Made by a program: the position numbers and the translations under genes
NCBI RefSeq assembly: GCF_006345805.1
Contig: NC_043001.1
Span: 60,388,001 to 60,452,000 of the forward strand
Length of the DNA stretch: 64,000 nucleotides
Direction of reading: 5' to 3'
From: Octopus sinensis
Lineage: Eukaryota
In this document: piece by piece, positions 44,889 through 58,268 of the stretch
Layout of the letters: each line of letters opens with the position of its first letter
Numbering within the stretch: the stretch's first letter is position 1
The notes under the pieces: generated by a model
What the model saw: only the letters and a program-made list of their open reading frames with translations
Told to the model about the DNA's origin: nothing
Databases searched by the model: none

Positions 44889-44939
44889 AGCTTCTACAGG
44901 ACTAGAACTCTTTCATTCAAGAGAAATCTTCAGGAAGCT
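44889..44939 (-). ncRNA. Type-I hammerhead motif (family C) within a short repeat at 44875-45128
   Basis: AGCTTC-CTGAAGA-TTTCTCTTGAAT-GAAA(G)AG-TTCTAGTC-CTGTA-GAAGCT; 6-bp stem I. The partner copy at 51582 has GAAACAG, which pairs with CTGT. Confidence 0.72.
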
Positions 44940-45217
44940 AGTTAACAAGAATTGTATTGGCTTTTATACATTTAGGCAGGTTTAAAGGGGTGGTGGTGGG
45001 GGACTTTTTGGGGGTAGGCATAGCGCAAAAAAATCATACTTGGGGGAGTGGTCAAGGAGTCAGTGGTAAATTAGATAGAAGAATAAATAAAACAATAAAA
45101 AAAAAGGGTTTTAGGTAAATAAGGAAATTCTCACTTATACCTATACACATATGTATACATATATACACACACACACACACACATATACATACACACATAC
45201 ATACACACACACCCATG

Positions 45218-45248
<31 letters not shown>

Positions 45249-45269
45249 ATATACATACATATATCTACA

Positions 45270-45301
<32 letters not shown>

Positions 45302-46048
45302 CATACACATATACATGCATATACATATACACACACACATGTATATATACACACACACGACCACACATACACATACACACATACACACACATATCCACAT
45401 ACACACATGCACACACAACACACAAGTCCCTATATACTCATATATACATATACACATATATGTATATATACATATATGTTAATAAAATAGAACATATGCA
45501 TATATATAAACATATATGTACGTACCTACCTCTACATGTACATATACACGCATATATGTGTACAGGACACCAAAAAGACGTCGAACACATAGAGAGACGA
45601 AAAACATAGACACAAACCAAGGAACAAGACAAGCAAAAAAAGAGATACAGGACAATAAGCACAACGAAAAATCCCCTTCTTCAGTCGCTAAGGTTTCATC
45701 TACTAAACGTTTCGAAGGATAAAAGCGAGACGTATACTTCGAAGAAAACTTCCTTCCTGCGAAAAGCAAATCAATTAAAATTCTGAGATCTTTTCGCAGA
45801 GGGGTAAAAAAAGCAAGACGGTAACGACAGTACAAACATATAAACAGTAAAAAATATATATAAACAGTGGAAAAATAAATATATAACAGTGAGAGACAGG
45901 ACAAGGAGAACAAGATAGGAAGGGCTGTTAACGCCAGACGAAAAAAGTATTGCAAACGCTGGATTATAGTGGACGACGAGAGAGAAAAAAATGTCGACCA
46001 GTAGCCTTAGAAGGCGGGCGAGAAAAGACAGGATAGCAGTTACGACGG

Positions 46049-46087
<39 letters not shown>

Positions 46088-46691
46088 CATATGTGTACCT
46101 ATTCATACCTACACATACACACATATACATACAAATACAAACCCATTCCCTAATTTTAATTTTATTATCTTCATTTATTACTTTTGTTATCTTTGACCGC
46201 TGGTCACAAGCATCTTGGCTACGACAGCTAGTCCCTTTTATCTTTCTACTTGAACACAAGCACTCACTCACGCACGCACACTCATTAGCACGCACACTCA
46301 CTCATTCGTACACTCATACACATACACGCACGCACGCGTTATATTCATACATATATACATCTACATACATACACGTATATACACATACGTACGCGTACCT
46401 ACAGATTCATGTCTACAATCTTAGAAGACTAGTCTATACATATACACCAATAAATATATATACACACATACATATACACCTACATACAAATACATACATA
46501 CATATATATACACACATATATATATACACATACATATATATATATATATATACATATACGCATACATACATACATACATACACCCATACATACATACATA
46601 TATACACACATACACACACCCACACGTATACATATACATGCATATACGCGCATGCATACACATACAAATACATACACATACACATATACAT

Positions 46692-46740
<49 letters not shown>

Positions 46741-46792
46741 CATACATATACATACATATGCATATATACACACACACATACATACACATATA

Positions 46793-49700
46793 ATGTTCGT
46801 CCTTCGGTTCGAAGATGACCAACTGACATCATCTGATGGAACTGCCGCCATGAGACCGGAGGTGGCTGGTGAGGCCAATCCGGGCAAGGAAGCCCCTCCC
46901 ACAGGTGGGGCAGAAGTGGGTAGGGGCAGTGCTACTGGTGCAGGCGGCTCTGACTTTACGCATCTGACGTTTCTGCTCCGCTGACCGAATCCGTCCCTCC
47001 TCGGCTGTCCCTGCTCCCACGGTGATTGCGCTGCGCCAGGATGAGCGGTTGGCAGCAAGTGTCTCCCAGGTCTCTGTTCCGATGGAGAAGTCTTTGAGAG
47101 AGACCTTGAGACTATCCTTGTAGCGCTTTTTCTGCCCTCCGACTTTGCCTGCCCTGGCCGAGTTCACCGTAGAAGAGCTGTTTTGGGGGATGCGAGTGTC
47201 GGACATGCGGGAGACGTGGCCCGCCCATCTCAGCTGGGCCTTGCGCATGATTGTGATGGTGCTAGGGAGATCTGCCTGCTTCAGAACTTCCGTGTCTGGG
47301 ACTTTGTCCTGCCAGCGGATGTGAAGGAGATTCCGAAGACACCTGAGATGGAAGTGGTTTATCTGGCGCTCGTGCCTTCGGTAAGCAGTCCACGTTTCGC
47401 AGCCGTATAGTAGAGTGGTAAGCACGACTGCCCGTAGACTTTCAGCTTGGTGTTGAGGCTGATTCCTCTCCGCTCCCAGACTTTCTTTCGCAGTCTCCCA
47501 AACGCGCTGCTTGCCTTGGAGATTCTGTTGATGGTTTCAGCATCTATGTTGGCATTGCAGGAGAGAGTGCTGCCCAGGTAGGTGAAGTTTTCCACCACTC
47601 GTAAGATCCGTCCGTTCACCCTTATCTGAGGCTCATGGTATTGTTTGCCGGGGGCTGGCTGAAACATCACTTCGGTTTTCTTTGCACTGATGGTGAGACC
47701 GAAGTTGTCACAGGCTGATGAGAACCTGTCCATCTCGAGCTGCATCTCCTGCTCATCGATTGCATTAAGGGCGCAGTCGTCAGCAAAGAGAAAGTCTCTG
47801 ACGACTGTCTCCCTCACCTTTGTGACAGCCTGCAATCTCCTGGAGTTGAAAAGTTCCCGTCTGTCCTGTACTTGATGTTGATACCGGACTTGCAGTCCCT
47901 AAAGGCGTCGGACATCATTGCCGAGAACATGATGCTGAACAGTGTTGGGGCCAGGACACAGCCCTGCCTGACTCCGTTGGTCACCTGGAAGGCTTCAGAT
48001 GAGTCGCCGTCCTCAAGGATTCTGGCTGTCATTCCGTCGTGGAACTGGCGGACAATTGCAATAAATTTGCTGGGGCAACAAAATTTTCCCATGACCTTCC
48101 ATAGTCCCTCCCGACTGACTGTATCAAAGGCCTTGGTGAGGTCAACAAAGGTCATGCAGAGGTCAAGGTGCTGCTCCATGCATTTCTCCTGGAGCTGGCG
48201 GGCGGCGAATATCATGTCAGTGGTCCCTCGACCCGCACGGAAGCCACACTGGCTCTCAGGGAGAAGGCCTTGCTCCAAGTGTTCCAGAAGGCGGTCAAGC
48301 AGGACCCGGGCCAGGATCTTGCCTGCTATGGACAAGAGGGAAATACCTCGGTGGTTGTCGCAGGACTGCCGATCTCCTTTCCGCTTATAAATGTGGACGA
48401 TTGTTGCATCCCGGAAATCTTGAGGAGAGTTGTTCCCTGTCCCACATCGACTGGAACAGGCTGGTGAGCTGACTGATCATGGTGGGGCCTCCCGACTTGA
48501 ACACCTCTGCAGGGATGGCGTCAGAGCCTGGAGCTTTGCCGGTGGACATTTTTTTTATGGCTCTGCTCACTTCCCCGACTGCAGGGGGAACAGCCAACTC
48601 GTGGTTTGTCGGCACCTGGGGGAGACGTACGATGGCTTCCTCGTTGATCTGGGCTGGTCGGTTGAGCACGATGTTGAAGTGCTCCGCCCATCTCTCCAGG
48701 ATCAGCCTCTTGTTAGTCAGGAGTGAGGTTCCATCTGAGCTGAGCAGGGGGTTGATCCAAAGGAGAACTGCGGTCCATAGACAGCTTTCAGCGCCTCGTA
48801 GAATTTCTTGGTGTCGTGTTTGTCTGCGTATCCCTGAATCTCATCCGCCTTGGCGCTTAACCATGCATCTTGCATGAGGCGGAGTTTAGCCTGGACTGTG
48901 CTGCGAATGTTGTTGAAAGCGGCCTTCTTTGCCGTGCAGGTGGTGTCATTTTGGTGAGCCCGCAGCAGACGGCGTTTCTCTTCCAGGAGCTTTTGGATTT
49001 CCTGGTCGTTTTCGTCGAACCAGTCCTGGTGGTTCCTCGTAATTTGGCCCAGAGTTTCAAGGGCGATGGAATGAACCGTGTCCCTGAATGATTCCCACTG
49101 CTCATCGATGCTGGACTGGTCACTCCGAATGTCCAACAGCTTACTGTCCATACGTGACTGGAGATCTTGTGCAGTCAGCTGGTTCCTTAATTTCGTGATG
49201 TTAAGCTTCCTCGTCACTTTCTGACCCTGTGGTCTTCTCTTAGGTCGGATGTAGAAATCCATCCTGGAGATGATGAGGCGATGGTCCGTCCAGCAGTCAG
49301 CTCCGCACATGGCTTTGACCAGCCTCACGTCCCGCCTGTCTTTCGCCCTGACGATGACGTAATCTATCAGATGCCAGTGTTTGGAGCGTGGATGCATCCA
49401 TGATGTCTTGTTGCGTGTTGGCAGACGGAACAAGGTGTTGGCGATGGTAAGATCATGAGAGGCACACGCACGCAGGAGGAGCTGTCCGTTGCCGTTGCAC
49501 TTTCCGATTCCTTGCTTTCCCAGTACGCGATGCCAGGCTTGGTGGTCAGTCCCGACACGGGCGTTAAAATCCCCAAGGAGGATGAGCTTCCCAGGCTGGG
49601 CTGACGTGATGAGGGAGTCGAGTTCCTCATAGAACCTGTCCTTAACTTCTTCAGGGTTGGTCATGGTGGGGGCGTAAGCACTGATGATGGTCGCACTAGT

Positions 49701-50760
49701 CTTGTTTCCAAGTGGGAGCTGCATCTTCATCAGCCGATCGTTGATACCCTCGGGGGGGCTTTCCAGTTTCCGCACGTGTACTGACTTAATGGCAAAACCA
49801 ACACCAGCCTCACGACGCTCTTCGCTGCTGCGACCACTCCAAAGAAAAGTGTAGCCGCCGCCTCTCTCTGTCAGCTGGCCTTTGTCCGCAAGGCGGGTCT
49901 CGCTCAGTGCTGCAATATCGACACTGTATCGGCTCAGTTCTCTGGCCACCAGGGCAGTTCGTCTCTCTGGTCTGTCCGCTTTGGTGTTGTCAAGCAGAGT
50001 TCTCACGTTCCAAGTTGCGAAAGTGAGCACCTTTGTTTGTTTTCTTCTTTCTTTGTTTCGACCGCTTGGAAAGGATCCCCGCCAGCCGCGGTTTGCTGAC
50101 AGGGTGAGGTGAGGCAGGCTATGTTTAGGGCAACCTTTTCTAGCCCCGTCCTCATGCTGGGGAGGCGAGCAGAGCGATCCTGAAGAGGGCTGCTCGGTCA
50201 CTCAGGAGGCTGCCGGACTCCACTGCTGCCTCAGTTCAGTGAGGGGCGTCCACATGTCCTGAGCCGCCTGTGTGTGGGTTCACGACTGCAGCTCCCAGTG
50301 TATCCTCACCTGCTACTTCGCCGTTTCCCCATCGCCACAGGACTTTGGGATGGTGTCATGGCGTCATGATGTCGTGACATGCGCGTGACTTGGATTATAG
50401 TGAGGGTGACTTGCGCAGGATCAGCCTCACTCTCTCGTCCTGGTGCGCCGGATCCAGTGGCAAGACAAAGTCAAGACGACTGGGGGTAGACCAAGATGCA
50501 GGAGCTGCCGGAAGGTGGCACGCATGGCGCAATCCAACCGCCTTAGGGGCTCCACTCCGGATTTTGGATGGCCATTGACTCATGAGAGAGTTCCTCTGCC
50601 CTTTGACAGGTTTTGTTTTTAGTCCTGCTGGGTGTCCAAATCACCCTCCTCACCAAGAAATCTTGGTGGGGTTGCCAGTTTAGTCGCCAACGACCCGACC
50701 ATGTAACAGGTTGTACTGGGTTACATGTTACCAGTAGCTCCAAGCGGAGACCTGACACAA
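46793..50760 (-). mobile_element. Near-intact full-length RTE-clade LINE (AP endonuclease + RT)
   Basis: APE: TWNVRTL, IAALSETR, GVGF, SAYAPT, LGDFNARVG, IDYV, TDHR. RT: QCGFR, FVDLTKAFD, GVRQGCVLAP, FADD. C-terminal CPTC..RIGLTSH. Possible TSD ATACACATATA (46782-46792 / 50761-50771). GC-rich relative to flanks. Confidence 0.96.
48717..50201 (-). CDS. RTE LINE ORF, endonuclease part (continues through frameshifts to ~46830)
   Basis: 494-aa ORF with complete APE motifs; RT continues in ORFs 48385-48669, 47814-48335, 47359-47835 and 46829-47425. Confidence 0.9.
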   Translation of the reverse strand: MTEQPSSGSLCSPPQHEDGARKGCPKHSLPHLTLSANRGWRGSFPSGRNKERRKQTKVLTFATWNVRTLLDNTKADRPERRTALVARELSRYSVDIAALSETRLADKGQLTERGGGYTFLWSGRSSEERREAGVGFAIKSVHVRKLESPPEGINDRLMKMQLPLGNKTSATIISAYAPTMTNPEEVKDRFYEELDSLITSAQPGKLILLGDFNARVGTDHQAWHRVLGKQGIGKCNGNGQLLLRACASHDLTIANTLFRLPTRNKTSWMHPRSKHWHLIDYVIVRAKDRRDVRLVKAMCGADCWTDHRLIISRMDFYIRPKRRPQGQKVTRKLNITKLRNQLTAQDLQSRMDSKLLDIRSDQSSIDEQWESFRDTVHSIALETLGQITRNHQDWFDENDQEIQKLLEEKRRLLRAHQNDTTCTAKKAAFNNIRSTVQAKLRLMQDAWLSAKADEIQGYADKHDTKKFYEALKAVYGPQFSFGSTPCSAQMEPHS

Positions 50761-51111
50761 ATACACATATACACATACACGCACATACACATATACATGC
50801 GTACCCATACACACACACACACACGCGCATCCATATATACACATAAGTACACACATGCGTAAAAGTATACATATATATATGCTTACACATACACACACAC
50901 ACACGCCACACCTTATGTTTATACTTACATGCATACTCAAAAAATAAGTAATAAAATATATATACGTGCAGTTATTCATACATGCATACTCAAAAAATAA
51001 ATAATAAATAATAATAATAAAAAATAATAAATAATAAAGAATAAATAATAAATATTAAGTATATATACGTGCAGTTACCTATTATACAGACGGATACATA
51101 CATATAAACTT

Positions 51112-51203
<92 letters not shown>

Positions 51204-51378
51204 TTACACATATGTACATATACATACACACATACATAACTCTACGTACCTACATATACCTAAACACACGAGCGTACACGTATATGTACATATACACATA
51301 CACATACACACACATATATACATACATACATATACATACACGCATATATACACATATATACATATATATACCTATATA

Positions 51379-51420
<42 letters not shown>

Positions 51421-51579
51421 CATACACACACATATACATACATATACACACACATACACATACACACATATATATATATATATACACATATACATATATA
51501 TACATATACACATACATACATACCCATACATATACATATACACACATACACACACACACATACATATATACACACACAC

Positions 51580-51690
51580 ATGAAACAGTTCTAGTCCTGT
51601 AGAAGCTCCTTCTATATAATAAATTAATTTTACTCTGCTATGTATTGAGTACCTTATTTACTGTGGTTAACCCCGAATCAACCCGGGACC
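51580..51690 (+). mobile_element. 5'-truncated family-C repeat containing the 3' half of the hammerhead
   Basis: atgaaacagttctagtcctgtagaagctccttctatataataaa is the reverse complement of 44874-44915 (one mismatch); ends at (TA)n. Confidence 0.75.
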
Positions 51691-51755
<65 letters not shown>

Positions 51756-51789
51756 TATATATATATACATACATATATATATATATCAT

Positions 51790-52006
51790 TCTCTTTTACA
51801 TGTTTCAGTCATTTGACTGCGGCCATGCTGGAGCACTGCCTTTTAGCCGAGCAAATCGACCCCAGGACTTATTCTTTGTAAGCCTAGTACTTATCCTATC
51901 GGTCTCTTTTGCCGAACCGCTAAGTAACGGGGACGTAAACACACCAGCATCGGCTGTCAAGCGATGTTCGGGAGACAGACACAGACACACAAACACACAC
52001 ACACAC

Positions 52007-52049
<43 letters not shown>

Positions 52050-52213
52050 CGACGGGCTTCTTTCAGTTTCCGTCTACCAAATCCACTCACAAGGCTTTGG
52101 TCGGCCCGGGGCTATAGTAGAAGACACTTGCCCAAGGTGGCACGCAGTGGGACTGAACCCGGAACCATGCGGTTGGTAAGTAAGCTACTTACCACACAGC
52201 CACTCCTGCGCCT
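51790..52213 (-). mobile_element. tRNA-derived SINE with internal CA/TA microsatellite
   Basis: Minus strand begins AGGCGCAGGAG-TGGCTGTGTGG (A box)...GGTTCAGTCCC (B box)...CCTTGGGCAAG; resembles abundant octopus SINEs. Confidence 0.85.
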
Positions 52214-53693
52214 ATATATGGAATTTTGTTATAATATTCATTTGAATCTACTTACATCAACATGTAGAAAGCTATAAAGGCCAGCTACAATATCATAGGT
52301 TCAAATTGAGGTAAAACAACCATGTAAGTACCAAATCCAATATAAACTGTAGATTCGATTTAGGGATGGTTCTAGGGGAGGAGTTGGTACAGAAAAGAAG
52401 ACAATAGAGATGTGTTTTAAAATTTACGGCAGCCCTTTACTGTGGAACTTTAGATATACTCATAGATTACATCATGGCATGTGTCCAACATACGCGTCGA
52501 AATAGGGTATTTAAAAACTTTATAATGGCATAACTAACAACATATTGGATATCCCCATGTTGGAGCACCACCTTACATTGTCCCATTTTTCCATATGCTA
52601 GAAAATATTATTGAGCAATTCTTGGAATGATTATTTTGAAATATCAGAGATATTGTTTTCTGCATATATAGGAAAGCAATGTGTATAGATATGTGTTTCA
52701 TAATTTTTTTCTAAGTCATTAACGAGAAAAATTATATCGAGAGCTTATTGTCTGATTGTATATGTGTGCGAGCTTGTGTGTGTGTTTGTGTTTATCTGTT
52801 TATATGTGTATATGTGCATGTACAAGCATCCGATTATATATGATTTCATATAACTTAAAGAAAAATATCCGTTAACGTTTATTGCAAAATTCTCAACCAA
52901 GTGTGAAAAAGGGAGGCATTTTCAATAATTTTGTAGCGATTTTCGGACACTGTCTGAAGATTTTCTCGAAACTTTGACGTCATTTTCATGCATTGGTTGG
53001 CATGTGTTTGTGTATAGGTTTTTATGTACATGTGTATTGAAGAGGCTATACAGAAGCATCATAACAGTTAGATAAGAATGGCATATAAAATGAATTTGTA
53101 AAATAGTGAAGTCTTGTACTGAAGTGGTTTGTAGTTTCGTGCATCCGTGTCGGCAGAGGTACTATTATAGAAGGATAGCAGACATAATTTGGCAGGTATC
53201 AATTCGGACATAAGGCTACTCCTGAAGTCATAAATAACGAATCCAATAGTTTCCTCAACTCCGTCTTTCAGTGAAATGCAACACATTCGAACTGAACGAA
53301 TGATATATTTTGTTACAACATTAATGCTACAGTGGTAGAATATGTGAGACATTATCCAATTAGGAAAGAAATAACAAGGCGGTTTAAAATATAACCTCTT
53401 TAATTCTAATATTCTAATAATTTATGAAACAGATTAGAAAGGAACAAAAACAAAGTTAGTCACACTTCACTATGCACATAATGTTTATTGATGAAATGTA
53501 GACGTGATATGCGTAATGGAAAATGAGTCTTGACTGATTTCCATTTGGAAAATGATCAACGAGTAGGAGAATTGTTATCTAGAATGAACATTGAAGAGAG
53601 TCTGCAGCAAATGAAGATGCTTTGCTTTGAAATATATAGATTGAAAATAATTTTATAAATGGCCATCCCCTTATATTTCGTAAATCCTAATAC

Positions 53694-53736
<43 letters not shown>

Positions 53737-53836
53737 TATTTTTAGATATAAGTGATGTACTCAAGTGTAGTTATGTTTTTAGCTTGTGCTTTTTCCATGA
53801 TCATACGTGAGTATTTTATTTATATCCCATCGAAAG

Positions 53837-53900
53837 TTCTACTGAAGAAGGAATATATCTTTTTTTATAAGATTAAGTCCGAAATTGATTCAATATAGAG
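53837..53900 (+). ncRNA. Type-I hammerhead motif in a ~300-bp cassette between two (TA)n tracts
   Basis: TTCTA-CTGAAGA-A-GGA...TCC-GAAA-TTGA-T-TCAA-TA-TAGAG; near-palindromic ATTGATTCAAT stem III, AUA site, 5-bp stem I. Confidence 0.75.
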
Positions 53901-54036
53901 ATAACGAAATTTAAATTTTCTAAAGGTTAGTTGCCCGTTTTCAGTTTCAATTTTCCTGTAACAAGCGGATTATAAGTGGATAAAACAGTGTATTTGGCTT
54001 TAGAATAACCCTCTTTAGCCCTTAATTATATGATGT

Positions 54037-54136
<100 letters not shown>

Positions 54137-54151
54137 GTATGTATGTATATA

Positions 54152-54238
<87 letters not shown>

Positions 54239-54309
54239 TATACATATATGTATATAATATATTAATTTTATTAATAATCTTATTATGCTTCACATTTACT
54301 TTGTATTTA

Positions 54310-57290
54310 AACAAGGTGACTCCAAAACTCACCTAGAGACCTCAAGACACAAGTTAGAAGTTCAAGTTGGTATTATGCCTAGGGTATCATATATTTGGCT
54401 TTGCACATAGCATTGTTCTAGTGATTGTTTAAGAAAACAGAAGAAAATTATAAGTTCGTTTTAAAATTTGAGATTACATAGTATTTTACGTAGAATATGG
54501 ACACTTCTTATGCGTACTATATTTTGAATTTCTGCCAGTTTGAGGTTTCCTGGTATCTGAGCTAGGTAACAATCAGGCCCCGTAATAAAATTCTGGGATT
54601 TGTTACTGAGTTACATGCTTTCTTGTTTTCATGCTTTAAGTAATTAACCAGCTAATGATATTGAAACTGTGAGTAACGAACGGTATTGCTAAAGTGTTGA
54701 TTGCACTAATCCTGTTTCTTGCATTCAGCTGTCTTGAGTATTGACATTACCCTGCGATAACATTCGCTTCTGATCCTTTCCTTCATCATTGAATGTTTGA
54801 TTGAATCACCTTCGGATACCCTTAGGTAGTTGTAGCTCTCCACTGGTTCTAACTTCTTTATGACATTCCACTGGTCAAGATTAACATTAGATGTTTCTGT
54901 CACTTTTTTCCTTTGATAAAGGTAGCCTTTCAAATTGCATCCTGATGTCATCAGTGAATTGTTTAACAATCGCTAGTAAGCCCTGTAGTTATTGCTCATT
55001 TTTTGCAAAGAGCTTTAAATAATCCATGTAAAAGAGTTGATTTATATTTATCAAACATTTTATAGCTCTATTGTATATCATCGAGCACTTTCGAGAGAGA
55101 TATGAAGGCTAGACAAAAGAGGAGTGGTGATAGAGCTCCACCCCTGAAAATGCCACGTGAAATTCTTACATCTCCAGCATTGAGAGATTCATTGTCACTT
55201 TTCAAATCAGTGTAGTTCTTCTTGATATCATACTTACAGACTAGAAGTTTCGCAGAGTAGGTGCTCTATCTTATACATTTCCAGACATTTCTTAATGTAC
55301 TTGTGCGGTAGACTATCAAAAGCATTTTTATGGTCTAACTAAGCTACCGACAAGTTTTTGTGTCGTTTGTGACAATCTTCCCAAGATCATCTTAATGATG
55401 AGTAGCTAGCTGATCTTTACGACAATAGGACCCACGTTTACATCCCTTTTGCTCATTAGGATATTTGACACTTACTATTAAAAAAAAAGACTATATTACT
55501 ACTTACTGTTAAAAAACATCTGTCAAGACGGATGTTAGTATTTTATACATTTTTAAGCAGGTTATGCGTCTATAATTGCTGGTTCATTTGTTTCTTCTTT
55601 TTTGGGAGTAGAAATGTTACACCATTAACTAGCCACAAGTGAAGTATACTTACTTCTTTCAAAAACATTGTTGTAAAGTTTTGTTACCAGTTCATGTCTC
55701 ACTGGGAAGGTATTTAACCAGCAGTTAAGAATTTTATCCTTTCTCAGAGACTTCTATTTGCTTGAGAGCATATCTTACATCCTCTACCTCAATACCGTCC
55801 CACTTTTGCACTTCTAAGGAGTCTTAGTCAGTAGATATTCTATTAATCTAAGGGGCCTCTTTATTGTGTGTTTTTCTCCCGCCCAAATTTTATTCCAAAA
55901 TTCCTGTATTTCTTCTTTTGATGGAACAGACTTTACTGTAACTGGCATTTCCCTATCTTCCTGTAAATATATTTTGGGCTATTTTTTTAACATGTTGTCC
56001 TTGAAGAATCTAACGCACCTTTCGTACGCTACTATGCGGGCAGCTTTAGCACATATCTTTTGCTGTCTGATAGTTTCTATGGTGGTGTTGATGTCAAGTA
56101 TGGTTTTCATATATTTTTTCTTTAATTTTCGGATTCTCGTTGGATTGATAGTCTTGTCAAACCTCAGGTTTTTTTAACATTCTATATCAGACCTAAGTAG
56201 CTAAATTTGGTGTTGAATACGCTCTTACCAAGTAGGCGTTTGGTGGAAATATTGCCGTTTTCTAATCTTTTCACCACATAGAATCGTTGAGATTTTCGCG
56301 GATGCAGGGTACAGGTGATTTAGATCTGTAATATCAACATCATTAGTTGAAATTATATCCTTGAATGCAGGGCGGAATTTAGCAATTATTTTCAGGTTGT
56401 GGTTATAATTGCGAATTTTTGGGAGAGTATCACGGTCATTTATACTGGTTCTATAATTTTCAGCCATTCAATCCTGATTACATTTTTTAGCTCATGTACT
56501 TCAGTTGGGTCAATTTCTGTGTGATTTTCTTGATCTATTTTTCAGAGAGTATGTCACTTTGCTTATAAGCTACATTGACTCGTTGTATCATTACTGCATT
56601 TTCATCAGCTCCGTGCTGCTGTATAATTATTTCTCTGTAGAAAATTCTTTAGCTGCAACTTAGATCTCTTTATCCCCTACTATTCGTAAATTTAAATTTG
56701 CTCAATCTGTAATTCATTTAGTAATTTCTTTTTCATTATGTTTCTTCTGACGTTGGCAAATTTGTTACTGTCTATGTAGCATCTTACTTCAAGGTGATTC
56801 TGTATCCAGTTTAAGTAGGTTTGTTCAGTATTAATTTCTTTATTATCTCGCCTAGATCATTTTTCATTCATTTTGTTTTGGTTATTTTATGACGAGCGTG
56901 GATAACCATCTGTTGGAATATTCTGATTCTGAGTTACTTCCAGCTCTTATGTTTCGGGACGATTTGAACTAGTAGCTGATTTTTCGAATCGTCTAGTTCC
57001 TTACTGGGGTACGCGGATTTTGCTGAACCGGGTGACTGCAGATCGATTTGTATTTTGCTTTGTTGTCGTTGAAGTATGTCGAGCTTGTAAGAACATTAGT
57101 GGATGGATCTGTATGTTTAGGTTAAAATTTTTGAGACAACACCGCCTCAAAGTTGTCTGAATGAACACATTAATTGTCACGTAGCTTCTTAAGGTTAACA
57201 GATCTGTATTCACCTGAATAATTTTAGTTGACAGATTTATCTCCGGGCTTAGTTTTTGTTGTTTTTAAACTTATTACTTGTTCCGAAAAA
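54310..57290 (-). mobile_element. Older, internally deleted copy of the 15650-19880 R4/Dong family
   Basis: Collinear peptides DRDTLPKIRN..DIISTNDVDITDLNHLY..ASAKISTILCG and TETSNVNLDQ..ERIRSECYRR, plus the 3' UTR. Confidence 0.92.
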
Positions 57291-57755
57291 TGAAAAAGTA
57301 ATTGTTTTGTAATTTTTTGCTTCCGTTGTGACACTTTGCGTGTATGTGTGTCCTGTAAATTTAAGGTAGTTGTGTAAACACTGGGAAGTGTGTGTAGTCC
57401 TATGGGTATTAACATATATTATGTTCGTGTAGATAATAGAGTGTATGCGTAATTAATCAATTTACATACTTAATGTTTTGTTTCACTTATATTTTATAAT
57501 TAGTAAACTTTTCCATGTTGATTTCGCATGTGTCTTTCGCACATTTTCGCGGAGATATAGTGTATGGGAGAAAGTGTGCTTTGTACGGCAGTAAAATTTG
57601 GTTTTTGTGATTATTTTCGTTAAAAGGTCGCTCCTTTCAAGTCTTTCACAAGTTCATTTATCCCAATCCACCGATGTTATTAGATTAGATTTGTTTTTGA
57701 ATAGATAGCCCGCTGTAGCGCAGCCATACTGTTATTCAGCGCGGTGAGCTGGCCA

Positions 57756-57756
<1 letters not shown>

Positions 57757-57811
<55 letters not shown>

Positions 57812-57926
57812 GTTTGACTTTTGCTTTATGTCTGTACAAGCTGGCTCCAATTCTCACCCAGAGACCTCAAGAGACAACAGGTTGGAAGTTCTGTGCCATA
57901 TATTTGGTTTTTTTTTGTTTGTTTTG

Positions 57927-57992
<66 letters not shown>
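57757..57992 (-). mobile_element. Isolated R4/Dong 3' UTR stub embedded in (TTA)n
   Basis: 57809-57915 is the reverse complement of ~19625-19745 (with a short deletion), flanked on both sides by TTA repeats. Confidence 0.85.
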
Positions 57993-57994
<2 letters not shown>

Positions 57995-58227
57995 CAATAA
58001 TATTAATACACCAATTTGTTTTTTTAAGTACCTGACGGGTGTGCCACTTTTAAGAGAAACAATTTTGTTTCTTGTAATTTCTAGAAGAGTTATGAAACTA
58101 TCACGTATGTGTTGTATTACTAATTCTCAGCATCCATGCGTACTGGGTCTACAAAGCAGGCACGATGTTTATGAGAAAATTTAAGATACTTAAATCTGAC
58201 GTGTGTTGAACAAGGGAGAGAGGAAGT

Positions 58228-58268
<41 letters not shown>

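Noticed and set aside
45131-46832. Long ORFs of 100-275 aa (YIYI/HTHT/CVCV-rich), and similar ORFs throughout the window
   Set aside because: Translations of TA/CA microsatellites, which lack stop codons; not genes.
47183-50112. Plus-strand ORFs overlapping the RTE
   Set aside because: Antisense shadows of a GC-rich coding sequence.
50930-51078. Short local duplications (also 13729-13760 and 22851-22906)
   Set aside because: Ordinary slippage-type duplications with no further structure.
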